In this document: positions 24,849-39,430 of the stretch, piece after piece | Layout of the letters: every line of letters begins with the position of its first letter | How positions within the stretch are numbered: the first letter of the stretch is position 1 | Source of the DNA: Octopus sinensis | Lineage: Eukaryota | Direction: 5' to 3' | DNA length: 64,000 nucleotides | Assembly: GCF_006345805.1 (NCBI RefSeq) | Contig: NC_043013.1 | Span: forward strand, 8,618,001 to 8,682,000 | Notes under the pieces: model-generated | What the model saw: the letters and a program-made list of their open reading frames with translations, nothing else | Database searches by the model: none | Told to the model about the DNA's origin: nothing | Translations under genes and position numbers: made by a program

Positions 24849-26534
24849 TTTTAAGTGATGATGTCTCATGTAAAAATGTATCATGTTTAGGCTGAAAGGG
24901 AGTTTATGTATGCAACTACATACAGAAGCTCCCTTTCAGACTTCCATTTTTGATCCAGCAAAACATCTAGGATGCAACAGCATGAGGGAGAGAGAAGACA
25001 GCGCCAATAATCAACTGGTACCCATTACAGTTGACTTGACTGAAACAATGTGAAACGATCACCTGGTTCAGGTATCAAACTCCTAAACTCATGATCATGA
25101 GTCCAGTTCCTTAACCACTTGGCTACATGGTTGGTTGCTACATAGCTGTAACAACTGATGTAGAAGTTAAAAGAAAATAACCCAGACATCATCATTAAGG
25201 ATTAATCTGGGAAAAAATATTTCTACATCAATATACCAATATTTCATCAATATATCAATCTGTTTTGATCAAAATGTTGTTTTGAAAGATAATCAATATA
25301 TTCGTTTTACGGAAGAGAAGGTGATGGGTGGTCAAATTGCTAGAGTGTCAGAAAACTAATGTGTAGAATTTAGACATAACTATTTGAATTTTCTACTAGG
25401 TGCTGGCATGGCTGTGTGGTAATAAATTTGCTTCTCAGTCACAGACACAGGCACACACACACATGATAGGCTTCTTTCGGTTTCTATCTAACCAAATCCA
25501 CTCGCAAGGCTTTGGTCAGCTTAGGGTTATAGTAGAAGATGCTTGTCCAATGTGTCATGAAATGGGACTGAACCTGAGACCATGTTGTGGTTTACTGTCA
25601 TAATAGGTCCAGTGTATTGAATTGTCCAGGGTCCTATAATCTTGCTAAGATAGCCTTGCATACAATGCAATGATCAAGGCTGGAATATCATTTATCTTAG
25701 ATCTGATTGACTTATGACAAAACAAGGGCAACATTTATTTGCAATTTTTGTAAGACAAATATAGTTAGGTGTTGTGTCAAGGTTGTCTAAGTCTCTAGTC
25801 ATCTCAACAAACATATTCTCTGTTCATTTCTAACTCAACAATTGGCTAATCAATTATTTGCTTCTAATTTGTTCGTCACATACATAAATAATTTTAAACT
25901 CATCCAAATATTACCAATTACAGTTACGACTTACCATTCTCTTGAAAACCTAATGAATATTATTTTTTTACGTCTTCTGAAAACAGAAATCTTTATTATT
26001 ATTATTACTATTATTATTATTAGTTTGTTATCTCAGTTTTACTACGTAACAAAGTAAACCAAGATTTAGAAGTCAGTTTTCATTTGAAATTATTCTAAAT
26101 ATTTATTGAAAGAAAAATGAATTGTTTTTTTTTTTTAGTTTTCATTCATATTTACCATATTTATTGATACTGTAATTGTAAATTCAGATTTTGTTATATT
26201 TTCTGTTTTGCTAATTCTATTAGAATTCATTGCTTTTAATATTCCATCTAGTTACTCTTGTCATATTGTCATTTATTTGGCCTCATTACAATTTCCTATT
26301 TTAACGATCCTTGTTATCGGCTAATTATATAGAATTTTATTGAAGTAGGCGATGTATCACTCTCTTTGTTTTGATTGAATTAAACGTTAGTTTCGGAGAT
26401 TTACTTTTTTCTTTCATTTAGTTACATTTTATTTCTTCTGAATATAATAATTGTCTGAAATAACACGGATAATAATAATGGTGATGATGATGATGATGAT
26501 ATAATAATAATAATAATAATAATATGGAAGTGTT

Positions 26535-27030
26535 ATCATGTACATTGTTTTGTCTTGGTATAAAAGATGGGTTACAGTAAATATTCTGCTCAATACCACG
26601 GATTTGCCTGTCAGTTGTTTGACCTTAACCAGTTGACCATGTCCTTTAGTGGCTGACGATATGTGCATCTCTGATCACAAGCAGAAGTAGTGGGGGAGCA
26701 TCATAGCCATGTGTTGTAAGGAATTCTTGGAGGTTTGGATAATTCACTTCTGGAATCATGGGTAATTCGTTCAACATCCTTAAACAACTCTTATTCAGGG
26801 ACCTTTTGAGCGGTATGGGCTACTCAACCTGAAGAAAATTCTAACTGGGCCCCACCTGCAAGGTCATGTGCTGCTTATCTTGATATGAGATCACCATGTT
26901 GCACACATATCGTTGTGATGCATGTGCCCAGTGTACCCTTATCAGACGGGTAGTCATGATGGGTATACTGGGCTTCGTATACTTTACCCCAGTGTCACTG
27001 TGATGGCATACACGGCTCTCTCACTCAATA
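26535..27030 (+). mobile_element. Interspersed repeat ending in (AAT)n, probable retroposon 3' region
   Basis: Higher-GC block between (AAT)n tracts; single copy in window; family recognition from memory only. Confidence 0.4.
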
Positions 27031-27777
27031 ATAATAACATTATCATCATCATCATTTAACATCAATTTTCCATGATAGTATGGGCTGGACAATTTGATAG
27101 GAGCCAGCCAGGCTCCAGTTGTTTATGTTGGCATGGTTTCTAATGCCCTTTCTAATGCCAACCACTTTACAGAGAGTGCTGGGTGCTTTTTTATGTGGAG
27201 CCATCGTGGGTGCATTTTACGTGGCACCTGCACGTGTGCTTTATGCATTGCACTGGCATGGGTGTTTCTTATGTAACACCTGTACAGATTGCTTTTTACT
27301 TGACATTGGCATGAGTGCTTTTGTGTGAGTTTGGCACAGGTGCTTTTACATGGCACCGGCACAGGTGCATTTTATGTGGCACCAGCACAGCAATGATAGT
27401 TCTTTCTCATTTTGGAACAAAGTCAGAAATTTTGAGGGGTTGGAGAAGTTGCTTACCTCAACTCTTGTAGGTGACTGGTATGCTTCTTTTTTTTTTACCC
27501 CAAAATGATAACAAGTAAAGTTGATCCAGACAAATTTAACTCAGCATGATGATAATAATTCTTTACAATTTTAGCTCTAGGCCAGCAGTTTTAGAAGAGT
27601 GGGGGAAGTCACTTGTATTGAATCCAGTGCGCAACTGGTATTTATTATACAGACGCTGAGAGGATGGAAGTGAAGTTGACTTTGGTGGAATTTGAACTCA
27701 GTACCTAAAGCTGGAAGATATGCCACTATGCATTTTGTCCAATATGCTAATATTTCTGCTTCCTCACCACCTTAACC

Positions 27778-27810
<33 letters not shown>

Positions 27811-28999
27811 GGCACACTTGCAGAAAATAGCACTGCTTAGGACTGCTTGAATACTCCGGATGGTACTCAAAAAATAAGGGGTGTTACCTTAGTTCTCTGG
27901 TAGTGAACAGCTGACACTGTAGTACATCTCCAGCATTAGAAGCTATGCAAAGACAATAAAATAATAATAATAATAATAATAATAATAACGATAATAATAA
28001 TAATAATTCTAAGAAGAAGAAGAATCTCTTCTACTATAAACTATAAGACCTGAAGTTTTGATGGAGATGGCTAGTTGATTACATTGACCCCAATGCTCAC
28101 CTGATATTTATTTTATCAAACCTGAAAGGATGAAAGGCAAAGCTGACTTTAGTGGAATTTGAGCCCGGAACATAAGGTTAGAAAAAATGCCATGAAGCAT
28201 TCTGTCCAGTTTTAACGGTTCTGCTAGCTGAACACCTTTAATAATAATAATGATGATGATGATGACGCCAATGCCAATGCTGCTGCCACCGCCTCCGCCG
28301 ACGACAATAGTAATAATAGGAATAATTGTTTCTTTTATTAACATAAAACACATTAGTCATAGTAATCTATAGATACAGGTGTTGGTATGTGGTAAGAAGC
28401 TTACTTCCCAATCTCATGGTTCCAGGTTCAGTCCCAAGTGTCTTCTTGTGAGTGGATTTGGTAAGTGAAACTTGTGTGTGTGTGTGTGTATATATATATG
28501 TGTGTGTGTGCGCGCGCACGAATGCGTGTGTGAGTCCTTGTGTTTGAGTGTGTGTGCGAATCTACCGCTTGACAACTGGATTTGGTTTGTTTATGTTCTT
28601 GTAACTTAGTGGTTCAGCAAAAAAATTTTAAAAAACAATAGAATAAGTGTCAGGTTTTACAAAAAATGTGTACTGGGGTTTATCTATTTGACAAAAGGAC
28701 CCTTCACGATGGTGCTCCAGCATGGCTGCAGTTCAAAGACTGAAGTAAGTTTAAGAATAAAGATAAAAAGGATTGTAATTGTCGTATGAAGGAGAGTGGA
28801 GGGTGAGGTATTTGTGAAAACATGTTGTTCATGCCTCGCTCAAGAACATTAATGATGCTTATGAAATAAAATGACTTCAGTCATGTTTGAAAAGCACTCC
28901 ATAAACAGTTCAAGCCAATAAAATTATATTTAATGATTAAAACATTAAACAGCTGAACAACTGAAACGGACAATAAAAGCAAAACAATATTACTTAATA

Positions 29000-29101
29000 A
29001 TAGCTAATATTCAACATCATCATCATCATCTTCATCATCATCATAATCATCATCATTCATCATCGTCATCATCATCATCATCATCATCATCACCACCACT
29101 G

Positions 29102-29136
<35 letters not shown>

Positions 29137-29285
29137 GTCATCATCATCATCATCATCATCATCACATCATCATCATCATCATCACCACCACCACCACCAC
29201 CACCACCACATCATCATCATCATCATCATCATATCATCATCATCATCATCACATCATCATCATCACATCATCATCATCATCATCG

Positions 29286-29325
<40 letters not shown>

Positions 29326-29420
29326 CATCATCATCATCACCACTTTCATCATCATCATCATCATCATCATCATTATCATCATCATCATCATCGTCGTCGT
29401 CGTCGTCATCATCATCATCA
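29000..29420. repeat. Expanded (CAT/CAC/CGT)n microsatellite (tail of a family C copy)
   Basis: Direct reading; joins TTTAACGTCTATTTTCCATGCTGGCATGGG. Confidence 0.95.
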
Positions 29421-29677
29421 TTCTTTAACGTCTATTTTCCATGCTGGCATGGGTTGGACAGTTCCAGTCTGATTTAGCTAGGTTACTATGGGTCGATGCC
29501 CTTCCTAATGCCAACCACTTTAGAGTGTGTGTGTGTTGGGTGCTCTTAACCTGGTACCTTAGGAGATGCCTGTTTTTTTTATTTACTTTTTACTTGTTTC
29601 ACTCATTGGATTGTGGCCATGCTGGGGCTCCACTTCGAAGGATTGTCAACCAAATCGCACCTGCCCCCACTTCACAG

Positions 29678-31470
29678 TGCTTTTGTTTTTGCTAAACCAC
29701 TAAGTTATGGGAACGTAAACAAACTAACACCACTTATTAAGAAGTGGTGGGGAGACAAACATGCATATGCACATATACATACACACTTACATATATTTAT
29801 ACTTGGTGACCCTGCTAGTACTGGTGCCATGTAAAAAGCATCCAGTCCACACTGTGAAGTGGTTGGCATTTGGAAGGGTATCCAGCTGTAAAAACCATGC
29901 CAAAGCTGACCTTGGCTGTGCTGATGCCATGTAAAAGGCACTCAGTCCACTCTGTGGGGTGGTTGGTGTTGGGAAGGGCATCCAGCCATAAAAAACCATG
30001 CTAAAATAGACACAGTAGCTTGGTATAGTCTTCTATCTGGTTGGCTCCTGTCAAACCATCCAACTTATGCCAGCATAGAAGACAGACATTAAATGATGAT
30101 GATGATCATCATCATCATTTAATGTCCGCTTTCCATGCTAGCATGGGTTGGACGATTTGACTGAGGATTGGAGAACTAGATGGCTGCACCAGGCTCCAAT
30201 CTGATCTGGCAGAGTTTCTACTGCTGGATGCCCTTCCTAATGCTAACCACTCCGAGAGTGTAGTGGGTGCTTTTGCATGCCACTGGCATAAGGGCCAGTC
30301 AGGCGGTACTGGCAATGGCCACACTCAAATGGTGTTTTTTTATGTGTCACCTGCACAGGAGCCAGTCCAGCGGCACTGGCAACGACCTTGCTCAAATGTT
30401 TTTTCACGTGCCACTGGGACAAGTGCCAGTAAGGTGACGCTGGTAACGATCGTGCTTGAATGGTTCTTTTTACATGCCACCGGCACAGAAGCCAGTCAGC
30501 TGCTCTGGCAATGATCACGCTCAGATGGTGCTCTTAGCACTCCACTAGCATGGATGCCAGTCATCAAATTTTATTTCGATTTCGATTGATGATGATGATA
30601 ATGCACATACACACACACACACAGAAAAATAAAGAGGAACAGGTTTGAAACATTCAGTTGTATGCTAGAAAATACAGTATATTGTAAAATGGTTAACTAC
30701 CATACAACAAGCACAATAGTAGATACCATTTTATGAATTTCATAAAACAGATAATATAATTTGTTATTAATTATACAATCAATAACAAGACTTGCAACCA
30801 ACATATTTGACAAAGCTTTATTTTTTATAAATACTTTGTACTTTTTTTTATAAATATTTATTTTTTATAGTTTGGCCTTTCCAGGTCCTCTGGGACAAAG
30901 AAGGTCAATGCTGTTGATGTATCTTTTGAGAAATTATGATTGGACAACAGCAAATAAAAAACAGGCAGGGAGGGAATTATAAAGGAGTAATGTCTTGTGG
31001 TAGAAGGATTGACAGTAGGTTAGTGTGGTGGGGCCTAGGAAAGAAGACACAGTATGTGTGGTGAGACTAGAAAATCAGGTAGGCCTATTACTGTGAATAC
31101 TAGGTGACAGAAGCCTCTGAAAAGAACCAAGACACTCTGAGACTCATCCAACTGATGGTTTTTTATGGCTGGATGCCCTTCCCAACACCAACCACCCCAC
31201 AGAGTGGACTGAGTGCCTTTTACATGGCATCAGCACAGCCAAGGTCAGCTTTGGCATGGTTTTTACAGCTGGATACCCTTCCAAATGTCAACCACTTCAC
31301 AGTGTGGACTGCATGCTTTTTACATGGCACCAGCACTAGCAGGGTCACCAAGTATAAATATATGTAAGTATGTATGTATGTGTGCATATGTGTGTTTGTC
31401 TCCCCACCACTTCTTAATAAGTGGTGTTAGTTTGTTTACGTTCCCGTAACTTAGTGGTTTAGCAAAAGCA
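29678..31470. repeat. Local inverted duplication of ~310-320 bp (29678-29999 and 31156-31470)
   Basis: Same composite SINE A / family C junction in opposite orientation; about 8 substitutions and one small indel. Confidence 0.9.
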
Positions 31471-32612
31471 TGGTAAAGCAGACATGAAATGATAATAATG
31501 ATTGTCAAATATCTCTTGTGAACCAGTCTATTTCTCATTTACTCTTCTGTTTGTAAACATTGTGTACTGTTATTTACATATATGGAATTTATTTTAGTAT
31601 AAAACAATGTCACCTTATTATAATAATGTTCAGCACCAATTCATTACCTACTGGCCACTATTGATTCATCAATAGAACAATGAGTTAGTGACCGGCTGCT
31701 ATTGCAATCTACATACATATAATTGATGAGATGTTGTTCAGTAACTTACAGTTCTGCCAGTGTTTGCTTTGGCCTTTTGAAGCTTCTAGGATCGATGTGG
31801 TGCAAAAATAAAACAATAAAATTCTATCGAAATGTTCAAACAAATCTGCTTAACTAGAAGCAACAGAAGCTATCAGACAGCTTTAAGACAGAACAATGAC
31901 AACAGCTACGATAACAACAACAATAGCAACAACAATGCCTTACAAGTATAACAGTTAAGTGGATTGAATCAACGAGATTGTAATTTTGTTTAACAACTAC
32001 AATCTTATCTGTTGAGTCTTGAGAGGAAATGGAATGTCAGTATAGAGTAATAATGATTTCCAACGTTGGCGGAAAGGCTTCAAACATTGGGCGATAGGTA
32101 CAGTTAGTTAAATTGACCTCAGTACTTGACTGGTACATTTTTTGGTTTTGTTTTATTATCAGCTTTGGATGAACGAAAGACAAAGGTAATTTTGGTAAGA
32201 TTTAAACTTAGATGTCATAACTAAATACCACAAAGGAGACACTTCTGTCTTGCACTCTGCTAGGTTGGTCAATCCAAGAAATATTGAGTAAGCAAATATG
32301 ATGGATTTGCGTCGCCTTACTGGCACTTGTGCTGGTGGCACGTGAAAAAACATTCGAGCGAGGTTGTTGCCGGTCCGCTGGACTGGCTCCTGTGCAGGTG
32401 GCACATAAAAGGCATCATTTGAGCGTGGCCGTTGCCAGTACCACCTGACTGCCCTTCCTAATGCCAACCACTTTACAAAGTGTACTGGGTGCCTTTACGC
32501 AGCACTGGCTCTGGTGAATTTATGTGGCACCAGTATGAGTATTTTTTTACATGACACCAGAACCTACAAGCCTGCAAGGTTAGGAATTCTCAGCTGGAGA
32601 GGGATTTCATCT

Positions 32613-32830
32613 GGAGGCACATAGCTTAGTGGTTAGGATGTTGGACTCCTGACTGTAAGATTGCAGTTTCAATTCCTGGACTGAGCACTGCACTGTGTTC
32701 TTGAGCAAAACTCTTCATTTCATACTGCTCCAGTCCACTCAACTGGTAGAAATGAGTAATCCTGCAATGAACTGGAATCCTGTCAGGGAGGAATATATAC
32801 ATCAGAGAAACTGGGGAAGCAGCCTTGAGC
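32613..32830 (+). mobile_element. tRNA SINE with core domain and CTGC.ATGAACTGG tail
   Basis: Head GGAGGCACATAGCTTAGTGGTTAG; tail shared with 35940-36195. Confidence 0.6.
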
Positions 32831-35800
32831 TCCTTTTGAAGTAATGTGGACGAACCGATCTACCATATTTTAACATGTTATATGGATCCCGTTTTTGTCA
32901 AACATTTGGTTTAAAAAATATGGGAGTTTCTTATACATGGATAGTATTTTTATCCCTAACAAAACCTTTTTTCCAAATTTTAAGCCCTCCAAATTAGGGG
33001 GTTCCTTATACACAAGGATTCCTTATACATGTTAAAATATGGTATTCTGCTGGCGAGCATGCCAGGCGAAATGCTTAGCGGTATTGCATCTGTCGCTATG
33101 TTCTGAGTTCAAATTCCGCTGAGGTCAACTTTGCCTTTCATCCTTTTGGGGTCGATTGAATAAGTACCAGTTATGCACTGGGGTTGATGTAATCGACTTA
33201 ATCCATTTGTCTGTCCTTGTTTGTCCCCTCTGTGTTTAGCCCCTTGTGGGCAGTAAAGAAATATAATTATGGTATTTAATGCTCCCTGCATTAAATATTT
33301 TGACACTTACTTAACATTAATATGTCTGGCACAAACAACATTATCTAACATATCATTCATTACTGAATTCAATATGATGTTGCTTGATGAGGATTTAGCT
33401 GCCATTTCTACCAGGTCATGCTACTATGTTGAGAGACTCCCGTTGGTGTAAACTTTACTGCTTTACTAACTAACATCTATTTCACATCTCAGGATAGCTG
33501 CCTTGCAGGGCTTTGTTCACTAAATACTTTAAAGTCAAAAGAATTTTGAAACATAGTAGAGTAGGAGGCTTGAGTTGGAAGCCCCGAAGACGAACGTGAT
33601 CAAGCCTCAGAAAAGCAGTATTAATGAACCAACAACAGAGAATTCATTCTGATTGTTTTGCAGAGAAATAGGTGACAATGCTGTTCATGTAGTCGGGACA
33701 ACCGATGCATTTCAGATTCATTTGTTCGGTTCAAGAAGGTTGCAGGCATGGCTGTGTTGTGAAAAGTCTTCTTCTCAACCACATGGTTCCAGGTTCAGTC
33801 CCACTGTGTGGCACACTGAGCTAGTGTCTTCTACTGTAGCCTCCAGGCCAACCAGAGCCTTGTGAATGGATTTGGTAGATGGAGACTGAAAGAAGTTTGT
33901 CATTTATGTATGTATGTATCTACGTGTGTGTATGACTTTGTGTTTGGGTAATAGTTGTCCCACCACCACCACTTGACAATTGGTGTTGGTTTGTTTACAT
34001 CCCCGTAACTTAGCAGTTTGGCAAAAGGGACTGATAGAATAAGTACCAAATTTAAAAAAAATAAGTACTGTGTGTGTGTGTGTGTGTGTATCTATGTATA
34101 TATAGTTTCTGCCCACCAAATTTATTCACAAGGTTCGGGTCTGTAGTAGAAGTCACTTGCTCGAAGCGCAACCCTGCAAGACTGAACCTGGAACCACATA
34201 GTTCTGAAACAGACTTCTTTACCACACAGCCACAGCTGGACCTAAACAGAAAGAACCAGAGGTTGGTGGGTAGCAGAAATTTTGGTAAACTTCAGCCACA
34301 AAATATATGGAAGTTCTTTGGAAGACAGTTGTATGATTTCCTTCTGAGCAGGAATGGTACACAGTCTACTATTCAAAGTAGCAGAGACTGTTATAATGCA
34401 GACAAAGGCTGTAGCATGTCAGTGGGCCAGTTAGCTTGTATTTATAGTGTGTTGTTGTTATTTAGCCCCAGGTCATCCTAGACTGCATATATTTATTGTC
34501 AAAGTGATTCTAGCCATGAACATCCTATTTCTTTTATTCAGGCATTGAAAAACAGGATCACATTATCCAATGCGTCATCTGTGGTGGTGGTGGCTTTGTC
34601 TCGTATCTGAAAATTTAGTTTCTTCTTTGCTGAATGCTTCCTTTATGGTGATGGTATTGATGACTCTGTAGACCAATTCTTGCATAGAAAAATCAATGGC
34701 ATTGACTGCATGGTAATGTTGATGGAAGATGAAGTTGATTTTGTCAAACCTTTCTCTCTTGTCGCCTTGAAGTACCAATGTGCATCTCCTGACTGCTATT
34801 TCTATGTGTATCTCCCGACTACTATTTCTAACATGTAGAATGTCCACACATATAGCATGTTGGTGACTGAAGCATTGTCTTCCGGTCCACCCAAGAGACT
34901 TTTTTTTTTGTGTGTTCTAGAATATGAGTGAAGTAGCCCCATCATCTCAAATATTTGAGCAGCCACTAGGGGTCAGTAATAATATAATATCCAGTTCTAA
35001 GGATGTTAAGTGACCTTGAAGAAAGAAGCTACCATTTTTCTTGAAGGGCATCAAAACTTACAAAAGCCTAAATTTTGAACCATAGATGATTTAGTAGGTA
35101 GGGTAGCTGACAACTAACCAAGAGGTTGGTGGTTTCTATTCTGGCCTCATTCTTCTGTACTGCATCCATAATCAAAGCACCTAACTCTCATAAGGCCCAG
35201 TCCACTTATCTGTAAATAAACACTGTTGGTTAGAACCATCGTTGCTTTTGTTGTTTGTTTAACCCTGGACCTGTTCCAGTTTTGTAGACATATGATCAAA
35301 GACATTCCATCCATGACATTTGCATTCTTTATTAGTTTTTAACATACTTAGGGCTACGTTATATAATGTATCCATCTTTTTAGAAATTGTAAGGTGTGAT
35401 TTGTGTATGATTTGGCTGCTATTTCTTGCAGGTCAAGCAACTATACAGAAGGGTCCCTCCTTGGCTTACTAGCAATATTATTGTTTTGATGAATGACTTA
35501 TTAACTTGCAGTGCTGAGCTCTAATCAGGCAGAAATGATTTATTTCTCAAATAATTAACACTACAAAAACTGAACCAACCAGAGAAACTCTATATAGCTG
35601 TTTGACCTGTTAGAAATAACAGCCAACCATTTTTTTAAATGTTTTTTTTTTATGTATTTTTTAAAAATATAAATTCTTTAATTCTTTAAAATATAAATAC
35701 TTTAAAGAATTCATTTGATAACATTGTCCAAAATATATAGCCATGACTGGATGGCCATGACTTAAGTATCTTTGGTCATAGGTCTGCTCAAGCAGAATTG

Positions 35801-35939
35801 ACCTGAGGGTTAAACAGCAAAAATTGGAAATAAACACTGGATTATATGGATCCTTGGGTTTTGGAAGTGATTTAGATTTTGTTTCATCTTAGTGATTAGA
35901 GTTCAAGAAGAATGGAATGAATTCTAGTGAATTGCTTGG

Positions 35940-36195
35940 GTTTCAATTCCCAGACCGGGCGTTGTGTGTGTTTATTGAGCGAAAACACCTAAAAAGCTCA
36001 ACGAGGCTCTGGCAGGGGTGGGTGGTGAACCCTGTTGTACTCTTTCACCCCAACTTTCTCTCATTCTTTCTTCCTGTATCTTGAATAACGCTGCGATGAA
36101 CTGGCGTCCCATCAAGCTGGGGGGAACACATACACCATAGAAACCGGGAAACCGGGCCCATGAGCCTGGTTAGGCTTGAAAAGGGCACATAAATA
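35940..36195 (+). mobile_element. 5'-truncated SINE with family D body and a different 3' tail
   Basis: Matches family D up to CTTCCTGT, then CTGCGATGAACTGGCGTCCCATC...GAAACCGGGAAACCGGG. Confidence 0.75.
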
Positions 36196-36452
36196 AAAAA
36201 ATATAAATATTACTAGTATACTAGTATATTACTAGTAATATTACTAGTATATATACTACACTCACGGAGTGGTTGGCGTTAGGAAGGGCATCCAGCTGTA
36301 GAAACACTGCCAGATCAGACTGGAGCCTGGTGCAGCCTCCTGGCTTCCCAGACTCCTGTCAAACCGTCCAACCCGTGCTAGCGCGGAAAACGGACGTTAA
36401 ACGATGATGATTTCATTAATTTATACATGCTTTTTTTTCTTTATCGTTACAG

Positions 36453-36629
36453 ACAGTGCCTATGCTTTTGATGACAGCTCTAGTGAGAGTGAAGATGAAA
36501 TTATTAAAAGATATCAACATTCCTTCAAAACTGAACAGAAGAAGCTTGAAAAAGAGGTCCTTAGTAGTCAAAGTATAAAACGAACAAAGAGTACCAAAAG
36601 CAATGATTTACCATCACAAAACAGCACTG
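36453..36629 (+). CDS. Internal coding exon (phase 1-1, 177 nt) of an unidentified gene; acidic/Ser-rich
   Basis: Acceptor TTTTTTTTCTTTATCGTTACAG, donor G|GTAAAT; (D)SAYAFDDSSSESEDEIIKRYQHSFKTEQKKLEKEVLSSQSIKRTKSTKSNDLPSQNST; phase compatible with exon 55580. Confidence 0.8.
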
Positions 36630-37862
36630 GTAAATTTCTTTCTTATTAAAGAATTTATGTGTGTATGTATGTGTGTAGGTCTTTTAATTCTCAAGTTTCT
36701 AAGTTAGCATTGGGTTAAATTGATCTAGAAATTAGGGCACCTTGCTTCCATTGTTGATGCAAATCTTTTCAATCATATGATTTTTAGTGCTAAGTATTCA
36801 ACCATAATTAGAAATGGTACCTTGTTGAGGAATGGTATAATGTTGTGTACAGAATTTCACTGTAGAATTTTGACTCGTTCTTCAATTCAAAACTTCGCTA
36901 CTCTTTTATCTTTTTAACAGTGTGTCTCAACCAAGCATGGGCAACCTTTTTTTAAGAAGTAGGCCACATGAGATATAGCTGATCATTAGCAGGCAGCACT
37001 CTAAAAACTTCAAGATAATTGCTCACTGGACATGCCAATTAGAAAGTCCCATGGGCCACAGTTTTCCTGTGACTAGTCTAGACCAACATTTCGATATCTT
37101 CGCTTGTTATTCTCTTTAAGTGAACATTTTTCTCATTGAAATACCCCGAAAAATGGCGATACAGCAGTAAAAAAATCGTAAAAAAATAGGGATTTTCACA
37201 GAAAAAAAGCACCACTTTGATGTAAATATTTTTGGTCTTAACATGGTCCAATTTGAATTTTATCTTCTACGCAATGAAGAGCAAGCCTTCTTCTATCATA
37301 CTCTCAATTTTGGTCAACTTGCGCCACAGAGTCTCGGAGGGGATAGTGTTAGTTGAAGGCTACCAAACCTGCCACACACACACACACAGTCAACTTCAGC
37401 TTTATATATATAGAGATTTATATGCTTTCAAATGTGTTTCGAGAATGTATAAATATGGTTTCATAAACTGAACTAATTGATTTTATTGTTGTTTCAATTG
37501 TCACATAAATCATTAGTGGTTTTAATCATTGAGAAATGTGTCACATTTTTCCTAATCACCAAGAAGAGTTCATTTCTTTTTAATCTCTTAGAATAATCTA
37601 TCCAGAGTCATGCTGTTCTACAACTTTTGCTACTCTTTCAACCTTCTGACTGACAAGTCTAAAAGCTATTTTGTCATATTCAATTCTTTATAGATTTTGT
37701 TTTCCCTCTTTTGTATAACATTGTACTGTACTATTAAATACTGTGCTATATTATAAAGTATTGTGTCATACTTTATTATATTCCATTGTACTATACTATA
37801 AAGTATTGTATGCTAATGCACACTGTTCACTGTATGTACTATAATGATGGTGTCCATTTTAA

Positions 37863-38082
37863 CTCTTTCGTTACTGTATTTATTTTGAGATGCTCTGTTT
37901 TTCTTTCAATTACTTTAAATACAGCAAAAAATGTGGTAAAATAATTTAGTTATCATTCATCTAGTGTTAGGAACATAAATTGTGACTAAGGTTTGGTGGA
38001 AGATTTTAATTCAAAACTTATGAAAACAAGACATTTGTACTCAGAAGCAGAGCTGGTTTCAGCCGGGTTGGTAACGAAAAGG
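37863..38082. mobile_element. piggyBac-type MITE
   Basis: TTAA on both sides; reverse homolog of 39955-40174. Confidence 0.8.
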
Positions 38083-39117
38083 TTAAAGTCTGCTTTTCCA
38101 TTCTTACATGGATCGGACAGAATTTATTGAGGTAGATTTTCCATGGCTGGATACCCTTCCTTTTGTCGATACTATTTCCCCATGGCCAAAAATGCTTTTG
38201 AAAGATATTGGAAATGAATGGCGTCGCTTGTATGAGAGTGACACTCGTTTACAATTGTTGTGCAATATTGTCAAAACAAAGAGACACAAACATACACTGA
38301 CTCACACAACTTACATACATACATACACACATACATACTTACATACATACATACATATGCACACGCGCACGCACACATGCACACATGCATATGATGAACT
38401 TCTTTCAGTTTCTGCCGATCAAATCCATTTTTAAGACTTTGGTCAGCCTGAATCTATAGTCTACTACAGACACTTGCCCTAGGTGTCAGTGTCAGTGCCA
38501 TGCAGTGGGACTGAACCCAAAATTATGTGGTTGGGAAGCAAACTTTTCAACTACACAAGGCCAGCAATTTTGAGGGTGGGGTGTGAGTTGTCAATACCAT
38601 TCACCTCAGTTCTGTTTTTCAGTTATTATAAGTTCTTTGGGAAGTCCATGGTACCAAGATGCAAAACTTCTTTGCAAAGTTCATAATTTTGTCTAATAAT
38701 TGTTTGTTTAATTTTTGAAGAATATGTGCTGGTGGCACATGAAAAACCATTCAAGTGAGGTCATTGCCAGTGCTGCTGGACAGGCTCCTGTGCAGGTGGC
38801 ACATAAAAAGCACCATTTGAGCGTGGCCGTTGCCAGTACTGCCTGACTGGTCCTTGTGCTGGTGGCACGTAAAAGCACCCACTACACTCTCGGAGTGGTT
38901 GGTGTTAGGAAGGGCATCCAGCTGTAGAAACTCTGCCAGATCAAGATTGGAGCCTAGTGCAGCCATCTGGTTTGCCCGTCCTCATTCAAATCGTCCAACC
39001 CACACTAGCATGGAAAGCGGACATTAAACGATGATGATGATGATGATTGAATCTTAGATCAACTTCATTCTCTTCTTTTACTTCATTATTTTCTTTAGGG
39101 GATTTCCTTATTGTTTG

Positions 39118-39430
39118 GGAGGCACGTGGCTGAGTGGTTAGAATATTCAGCTCACAATCGTAGTGTCATGAGTTCAATTCTCGGTGGCATGTTGAGTCCT
39201 TGAGCAAGACACTCTATTCCACATTGCTCCAGTCCACTCAGCTGGCAAAAATGAGATGTACCTGTATTTTGAAGGGCCGGCCTTTTCACATTCTCTGTCA
39301 CACTGAATCTCCCTGAGAACTATGTTAAGGGTACAATGTCTGTGGAGTGCTCAGCCACTTGCACATTAATTTCACAAGCAGTTTGCTGGTTCAGCTGAAA
39401 CACTTGTCATCGTAAGCGACGGAGACCCAG
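39118..39430 (+). mobile_element. Older SINE: tRNA head + core domain + family D tail
   Basis: CCTTGAGCAAGACACT...GCTCCAGTCCACTCAGCTG core, then GTACCTGTATTT.AAGGGCCGGCC tail as in 3117-3500. Confidence 0.7.

Noticed and set aside
31750-31785. Minus-strand 36-nt micro-exon candidate (and a 42-nt candidate at 25935-25976)
   Set aside because: GTAAGT donors are expected by chance at this frequency; no coherent protein could be assembled.
33664-33740. Exon candidate EIGDNAVHVVGTTDAFQIHLFGSR after a strong acceptor
   Set aside because: No convincing donor before the adjacent SINE.
34575-34847. 90-aa minus-strand ORF
   Set aside because: Only vague LINE RT-like resemblance (RFDKIN); neither a gene nor a TE call is supportable.
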